This document shows, piece after piece, positions 34,251 through 40,000 of a DNA stretch of 40,000 nt. Position 1 is the first letter of the stretch; the number at the start of each line of letters is the position of its first letter. The DNA lies in the sequence record MT774387.1; one strand, written 5' to 3'. Source of the DNA: an uncultured phage cr111_1. Below the pieces are notes generated by a model, which was given only the letters and a program-made list of their open reading frames with translations, did not search any database and had not been told where the DNA came from. The position numbers and the translations under genes were made by a program.

Positions 34251-37200
34251 TGAATTGCTGGCCTCTTTACCTGAGGAGGTAAGAGATGAATTACTGGACA
34301 TTATAAACAATGTCCAATTCATTCAGAACCTCATCAGTCCTACCAGGGAAAGAGCCAAGGATAGACCGAGGGATGAAAGAGGAAGGATTATAGTAGATTT
34401 GTGCAAGCCTCATATACTTGAAGATATGGACTATTTTAGAGAGTCTGCACTTCATTTTAAGGAGCATGGATGCTATACTTTCCTTAAGCCCAATGGTAAT
34501 CCCAATTCAGAGTATGGTAAATGGATAAGAAGAGAAAGAGATAGATGTTGGGATGGAATGGTAAGACCTTCAGATGGTGAATGGATACCTGGATATATGT
34601 ATTTCTATCTCAACTATTGCCCTATCATCATGTCAGACCAAAGAGAGGGAACTGCTCAGGCTGACCGTATTACAGACTTTCCTAAAGTCTGGGAAGGTAT
34701 TTACTGGAGATTCCACTATATTGACCAGGCCAGAAGTGGGGGTCTTTATAATGACTGGAAAGGTGCTTTGAATGGTGCAGAGTTAGCTTCCAGAGGTAAA
34801 GCCTTTGCCTATTCTCAAGAAGTAGAGACTCCTATGGGGAGAAGAGTATGGAAAGATATACAAATAGGAGATACTCTGTTTGCTCCGGATGGATCAATTA
34901 CTAAGGTGATTGATATTCCTTTTGATGAAGAGCATGACGTGTATAAAATGACCCTTCAAGATGGAAGAAGTGTTTATACCACTCTCGAACATTTATGGAA
35001 AATAAATAAGAATGGGGAGAACTGGAATAAACTATATACTACTGAGGAAATCCTTAAAAGTAAATCTCCCAACAGATTTGCTATAGAGGTCTCAGAAGGA
35101 GTGGAGTATAGATATAAAGAGATTCCTATTGAACCTTATTTACTTGGATTGATGCTGGGAGATGGAGCCTTTACTATAAGTAAAGGCAACCAAGCTCAGC
35201 TTTCTTCAAGAGCGGAAGATGTACTTGTATATCAGAAGATCTTAGGCAGGCCTTTCAAAAAGGTAGGTAATACGGAGATGAGCTGGCTCATAGATTATCC
35301 CAAGTTTGGAGGAAAGGCTAAAATTCTTGGCTTACATGATAAAGTATCCGACACTAAGTTTATTCCGGATTGCTATAAGTATAACTCAAGAGAGGTCCGG
35401 TTAGAGCTGCTTGCTGGATTGTTGGATACGGATGGTTCTGTACATGATAGTGGAAGACCGGAATTTTATACTACCTCTAAACAGCTTGCTCTGGATGTAT
35501 GTTGGATAGCAAGAAGTCTTGGTTATAATGCAACTTACTGGACTCGGTCCCCTAAATACGTATACAAGGGAGAAAGGAAAGAGGGGAAGCTATGCTATAC
35601 AGTTTACATTTACACAAATGACCTTTTATTTAAGCTACCAAGAAAGAACAGCCTTTGTGGAAAGAGGGGGCCAAAACTTGATAGTAGAGTAAATAAAACC
35701 TCTGTAAAATCTATCGAGTTTTCTCATAGAGAAAGGTGTAAGTGTGTGACAGTAGATCGAGAGGATGGATTATTTCTTATTGGAGATTTCATTACTACCC
35801 ATAATAGTAAGTCTTACTGTATGGGTTCTATCCTGGCACATAATTTTGTACTGGGAGAGAATAGAAAAGCTCATAAAGATACCAGAAGTACCATTACAGC
35901 TTATCAAAAAGAGTATCTCACAAAGGATGGTACCCTCAATAAGTTTGAAACAATGATTGACTTCTGTGCTCAGAATACAGAGTTTCCTGCAAGAAGAATC
36001 AAGAGTTCTCTTGACAAGATGAACTGGATTATGGGCTATCAGGACCTTGAGACAGGTACTAAGATGGGTACTAAGAATGAGGTGCTTGGTGTAACTTCAA
36101 AAGACAACATTGCAAAGCTTAGAGGTAAAAGAAGTGTATTCCTCGGTATTGAGGAGTTCGGTTCATTCCCTAACCTTTCAGACCTTTACACTGTGATGAG
36201 GCCATCTGTCAGGGATGGTAACCTTGTCTTCGGAATTATGTACCTGCAGGGTACTGCTGGTGATAAAGACTCAGACTTTGCTGGTGCTCAAGAGATTATG
36301 TATAACCCCACAGGTTATGACATGTATGCTCTTCCTAATGTTTATGACAAGACTTCTGCTGGTAAGCCCAAGTTCGTATTCTTTTTTCCAGGCTATGTAA
36401 ATAGAGAGGGTTCCTACAATAAAGATGGAGTATCTGATGTAACCAAATCTTTAGTTGAGATACTTCTTGACAGATATAAGGTAAAGTATAATTCTACTGA
36501 CCCCAACACTATTGTCAAGACTATTGCTGAGGTACCTATTACTCCCTCAGAGGCTATTCTTAGAACCAAGAGGAATATCTTTCCTGTAACTGACCTTCTT
36601 GAAAGATTAGGACAAATAGACTCAAATCCTGCAGAACTGAATGATGTATATGTAGGTGAGTTTACTCTAAGTAATGGAAAGATAGAGTTCAATCCAACTG
36701 TAGGGGACCCTATCAGGGAATTTCCTCATAAGGATAATAAACTCGATGGTGCTGTAGAGATATTCCAAATGCCTCAGAAGATATCTACGGATGAAGGACT
36801 TGTAATCCCTCAGGGAAGATACATAGCCTCCTGTGACCCTGTAGATGATGACTCTTCTGAAACAGCTTCTCTTCAGTCTGCTTTTGTACTTGACCTATGG
36901 ACTGACCAGATAGTGGCAGAATATACAGGCAGACCGAGGTTTGCAGAGGATTACTACGAGCAATTAAGAAGATTGTGTTTATTTTATAATGCAAAACTAA
37001 ACTATGAGAATAATAAGAAGGGTATTTTTGCTTATTTCAGTAAAGTTAACTCTCTTTCTATTCTTACTGATACTCTGGAATATCTCAAAGATAAGGACAT
37101 GATTAAAGGTACTCCCTATGGCAACAAAAGTAAAGGTGTACAAGCTACCTTACCTATCAACAACTTCGCAAGAACTCTTATCAGGGATTGGCTGCTCAAA

Positions 37201-37509
37201 CCAGTCAATACTATAATGAATGTGGATGGAGAACCCACAGAGGTTCAGATTCCTAACCTCTTCAGGCTAAGACAGAGAGCTCTGATTAAGGAGCTTATCC
37301 AATGGAATAGTGAGGGTAACTTCGACCGTGTGTCTTCATTGGGTATGCTTATGCTGCTCAGAGAGGATAGAATGATTCTTTACAGTGGTGATGTTCAGAA
37401 GATGCAAGTTACTAAGAGAAAGACTCTTGCAGATGACCCATTCTTCCAGACCAACTACAAACCTGAGAGAAAAAAGAATATGATAGCTGAGAGATTATTA
37501 AATCAGTAA
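34210..37509 (+). CDS. terL: Terminase large subunit with intein
   Basis: Extein: GAELASRGK/SKSYCMGSILAHNF (Walker A), VFLGIEEFG (Walker B), large C-terminal nuclease region; position before portal. Confidence 0.88.
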   Translation: MERTFNQYQTPLTDELLASLPEEVRDELLDIINNVQFIQNLISPTRERAKDRPRDERGRIIVDLCKPHILEDMDYFRESALHFKEHGCYTFLKPNGNPNSEYGKWIRRERDRCWDGMVRPSDGEWIPGYMYFYLNYCPIIMSDQREGTAQADRITDFPKVWEGIYWRFHYIDQARSGGLYNDWKGALNGAELASRGKAFAYSQEVETPMGRRVWKDIQIGDTLFAPDGSITKVIDIPFDEEHDVYKMTLQDGRSVYTTLEHLWKINKNGENWNKLYTTEEILKSKSPNRFAIEVSEGVEYRYKEIPIEPYLLGLMLGDGAFTISKGNQAQLSSRAEDVLVYQKILGRPFKKVGNTEMSWLIDYPKFGGKAKILGLHDKVSDTKFIPDCYKYNSREVRLELLAGLLDTDGSVHDSGRPEFYTTSKQLALDVCWIARSLGYNATYWTRSPKYVYKGERKEGKLCYTVYIYTNDLLFKLPRKNSLCGKRGPKLDSRVNKTSVKSIEFSHRERCKCVTVDREDGLFLIGDFITTHNSKSYCMGSILAHNFVLGENRKAHKDTRSTITAYQKEYLTKDGTLNKFETMIDFCAQNTEFPARRIKSSLDKMNWIMGYQDLETGTKMGTKNEVLGVTSKDNIAKLRGKRSVFLGIEEFGSFPNLSDLYTVMRPSVRDGNLVFGIMYLQGTAGDKDSDFAGAQEIMYNPTGYDMYALPNVYDKTSAGKPKFVFFFPGYVNREGSYNKDGVSDVTKSLVEILLDRYKVKYNSTDPNTIVKTIAEVPITPSEAILRTKRNIFPVTDLLERLGQIDSNPAELNDVYVGEFTLSNGKIEFNPTVGDPIREFPHKDNKLDGAVEIFQMPQKISTDEGLVIPQGRYIASCDPVDDDSSETASLQSAFVLDLWTDQIVAEYTGRPRFAEDYYEQLRRLCLFYNAKLNYENNKKGIFAYFSKVNSLSILTDTLEYLKDKDMIKGTPYGNKSKGVQATLPINNFARTLIRDWLLKPVNTIMNVDGEPTEVQIPNLFRLRQRALIKELIQWNSEGNFDRVSSLGMLMLLREDRMILYSGDVQKMQVTKRKTLADDPFFQTNYKPERKKNMIAERLLNQ
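34801..35805 (+). mobile_element. In-frame intein (335 aa) with LAGLIDADG endonuclease domain, class 3-like
   Basis: Block A AFAYSQEVETPMGRRVWKDIQIGDTLFAPDG; block B TTLEHLW; DOD motifs LLGLMLGDGAF and LLAGLLDTDGSV; block F CKCVTVDREDGLFLIGDF; block G ITTHN followed by Ser+1. Confidence 0.93.
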
Positions 37510-37557
37510 ATTTAGGCAAAAGGCTAAGGGAATCTAACAATTTTCCTTAGCCTATTG

Positions 37558-37585
37558 TTTGTCTGGATATTTTTACTTATATTTG
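37558..37585 (+). promoter_or_regulatory. Bacteroidota-type promoter (TTTG ... TATATTTG) upstream of portal gene
   Basis: TTTGTCTGGATATTTTTACTTATATTTG. Confidence 0.55.
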
Positions 37586-37609
37586 CACAAATCAAAACAT
37601 TAAAGTATA

Positions 37610-40000
37610 ATGCCCCAATTTATACAATTACCAAGGCAACAATTATCCTTCTCCAAGAAGACAAAAGCATGGAGAAAGGAACACCTTGATTGGGCAGAGA
37701 ACAGAACTTTCTTCAACTACAGTCCTGTAAGAAGGTCAGTATTACATAAAAGGATTAACTATGACCTGCTCAATGGCAAGATTCACATGGAGGATATGGA
37801 GATTATCCTCAATCCAGAAGATGTCAAAGCTGGTTATATTCCTGACAAGATTCAGCACTATCCCATCATGAACTCTAAGATTAATGTTCTTAGAGGGGAA
37901 GAGTCGAAGAGAGTCTTTGATTTTAGAGTAATAGTGACAAATCCTCTCGCAATTTCCGAGATAGAGAATAATAAAAAGAAGGAACTTTTTGCAAGACTAC
38001 AGGAGATGGTTCAGAATACTGCTCAGTCTGAGGAAGAGTTCAATGCAGAGCTTGAGAAGCTGAATGACTACTTTACTTATGAGTGGCAGGATGCAAGAGA
38101 AATCAGAGCTAATGCACTTCTTAACCACTATTCGAAGGAGTACAACATGCCTCAGATATTCAATGCTGGGTTTGTAGATGCCATGACAGTTGCTGAGGAG
38201 GTTTATCAGTGTGATATAGTAGGTGGAGAACCTGTTATAGAAAAGCTCAATCCTATGAAGGTAAGAGTGTTCAAATCAGGATATTCCAACAAGATAGAGG
38301 ATGCTGATATAATTCTTCTCGAAGACTACTGGTCTCCCGGTAGAATCATAGATACATACTATGATGTTCTCACTCCTGCAGATATGACTTACATCGAAAA
38401 TCTTCCCAACCAAGGTGAAACCACTGATGGTATGGATAATTACGATGAAAGAGATAATTTCGTATTTGCAGACTTTGTGGACCCACAGTATATTGATGTG
38501 GAGAATATGTTCCTTCCTTTTGGTACATTTGGTGGTAGTAAACTCTACTATGACTCTGCAGGTAATGTCAGAGTACTTAGAATGTACTGGAAATCAAGGA
38601 GAAAGATTAAGAAAGTAAAGTCCTATGACCCTCAGACGGGAGAAACAGTCTATAATTTCTATCCTGAGACCTATCAGACTAAGGTAGAAATGGGAGAGGA
38701 AGAAGAGATATTCTGGATAAATGAAGCCTGGGAAGGTACTAAGATTGGTAGAGATGTCTATGTGAATATGAGACCTAAGCCAATTCAGTATAACAGGCTT
38801 TCAAATCCTTCGAGATGTCACTTCGGAATCATAGGCTCCATCTATAATATAGGTGACCAGAGAGCCTACTCCTTAGTAGATATGATGAAACCTTATAACT
38901 ATCTGTATGATGTAATTCATGACAGACTGAATAAGGCCATAGCTGCTAACTGGGGTAAAATCATGGAGCTTGATATTGCTTCAGTACCTGAAGGATGGAC
39001 AGTAGAGAAATGGATGTACTATGCAAAGGTAAATCACCTTGCTGTAAAAGACTCCTTCAAGGAGGGTAATTATGGTGCAGCCACAGGAAAACTGGCTGGT
39101 GCATTTGCTTCTAATTCAAGGGGGGTTATTGATGCTGAGACTGGCAACTACATCCAACAGCATATTAACCTGCTGGAGTTCATTAAGATGGAGATGGCGG
39201 AAGTTGCAGGTATTTCCAAGCAGAGAGAGGGGCAGATTTCAAACAGAGAAACTGTAGGAGGTGTTGAAAGAGCTACTCTTCAATCGTCTCACATTACAGA
39301 GTGGCTGTTTGTAATCCATGAGGATGTTAAAAGAAGAGTCCTTGAATGCTTCTTAGAGACAGCAAAGATAGCCCTGAAAGGACAGAAGAAGAAATTCCAG
39401 TATATTCTTTCGGACATGTCTTCACAAATCATGGAAATTGAAGGTGATGAATTTGCTGAAAATGACTATGGTCTTGTAGTAGATAACTCTAATGCTTCTC
39501 AGGAGCTCAATAGCAAACTGGATGCACTTGCTCAAGCAGCTCTTCAGAATGATAAACTGACCTTCAGTACCATTATGAAACTCTTCAGCTCAGCCTCTAT
39601 TGCAGAAAAGCAAAGAATGGTTGAGAATGATGAAAGAAAGGCAATGGAAAGACAAGCTGAAGCTCAGCAAGCTGAAATGCAAGCACAACAGCAAGCTGTT
39701 CAGGCTAATATGCAAATGAAGCAGGCAGAGCTTGACCAGAGAGCCAAAGCTAATGAACTGGATAATGAAACTAAACTACTGATAGCTCAGATGCAGGCAT
39801 TTGCTAATGAGGAAACATCAGAGGATGTAGAATATTCACCAGAAGCCAAGGCTAAATTGGATGAGCAAATCAGAGAATTTGACAAGAGACTACAGCTTGA
39901 CAGAGAGAGACTGGAATTTGATAAGAATAAAGCCAGTGTAGATGCTCGTCTGAAAGAAAAACAAATTAGTAAACAAAATAAAAAACCAACAAGTAAATAA
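37610..40000 (+). CDS. Portal protein (crAss-like phage type)
   Basis: 796 aa immediately downstream of terL; long helical C-terminal region; overall pattern of crAss-like phage portal. Confidence 0.8.
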   Translation: MPQFIQLPRQQLSFSKKTKAWRKEHLDWAENRTFFNYSPVRRSVLHKRINYDLLNGKIHMEDMEIILNPEDVKAGYIPDKIQHYPIMNSKINVLRGEESKRVFDFRVIVTNPLAISEIENNKKKELFARLQEMVQNTAQSEEEFNAELEKLNDYFTYEWQDAREIRANALLNHYSKEYNMPQIFNAGFVDAMTVAEEVYQCDIVGGEPVIEKLNPMKVRVFKSGYSNKIEDADIILLEDYWSPGRIIDTYYDVLTPADMTYIENLPNQGETTDGMDNYDERDNFVFADFVDPQYIDVENMFLPFGTFGGSKLYYDSAGNVRVLRMYWKSRRKIKKVKSYDPQTGETVYNFYPETYQTKVEMGEEEEIFWINEAWEGTKIGRDVYVNMRPKPIQYNRLSNPSRCHFGIIGSIYNIGDQRAYSLVDMMKPYNYLYDVIHDRLNKAIAANWGKIMELDIASVPEGWTVEKWMYYAKVNHLAVKDSFKEGNYGAATGKLAGAFASNSRGVIDAETGNYIQQHINLLEFIKMEMAEVAGISKQREGQISNRETVGGVERATLQSSHITEWLFVIHEDVKRRVLECFLETAKIALKGQKKKFQYILSDMSSQIMEIEGDEFAENDYGLVVDNSNASQELNSKLDALAQAALQNDKLTFSTIMKLFSSASIAEKQRMVENDERKAMERQAEAQQAEMQAQQQAVQANMQMKQAELDQRAKANELDNETKLLIAQMQAFANEETSEDVEYSPEAKAKLDEQIREFDKRLQLDRERLEFDKNKASVDARLKEKQISKQNKKPTSK

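Noticed and set aside
1-40000. Stop-codon reassignment (TAG/TGA recoding), known in some crAss-like phages
   Set aside because: Long ORFs end normally at TAG/TGA/TAA, no in-frame TAG/TGA breaks were needed for core genes, and no suppressor anticodon (CTA/TCA) was seen among the tRNAs.

Overview
This window looks like part of a large crAss-like (Bacteroidota-infecting) tailed phage genome. From about 1 to 20.5 kb, genes run on the minus strand: replication/nucleotide metabolism plus accessory modules. From about 21 kb to the end, genes run on the plus strand: a large tRNA array, GroEL, TerL and portal. The most notable points read from the sequence are as follows. (1) A replicative-helicase gene is split exactly inside its Walker A motif by a 900-nt element carrying a GIY-YIG ORF, probably a group I intron; its 53-codon first exon is missing from the ORF track. 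(2) TerL has a LAGLIDADG intein inside its Walker A with features of a class 3 (WCT) intein. (3) A decayed diversity-generating retroelement: the target gene has an A-depleted variable tail, but only the C-terminal half of the RT remains and no template repeat is visible. (4) A compact PRPP-synthetase-like/HAD/NAMPT-like operon resembles NAD+ reconstitution anti-defence pathways. (5) A TROVE/Ro60 (Rsr) gene is flanked by long, highly structured non-coding regions containing tRNA-like elements, which may be Y-RNA-like, GOLLD/ROOL-like or new RNAs. (6) A ubiquitin-like and E2-like pair sits at the left edge. (7) Phage GroEL is accompanied by a GroES-like protein. (8) An array of about 25 tRNAs includes a chimeric/inserted tRNA and a tRNA 3' fragment fused to an HNH endonuclease gene. 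All family assignments are by eye; no database search was run.
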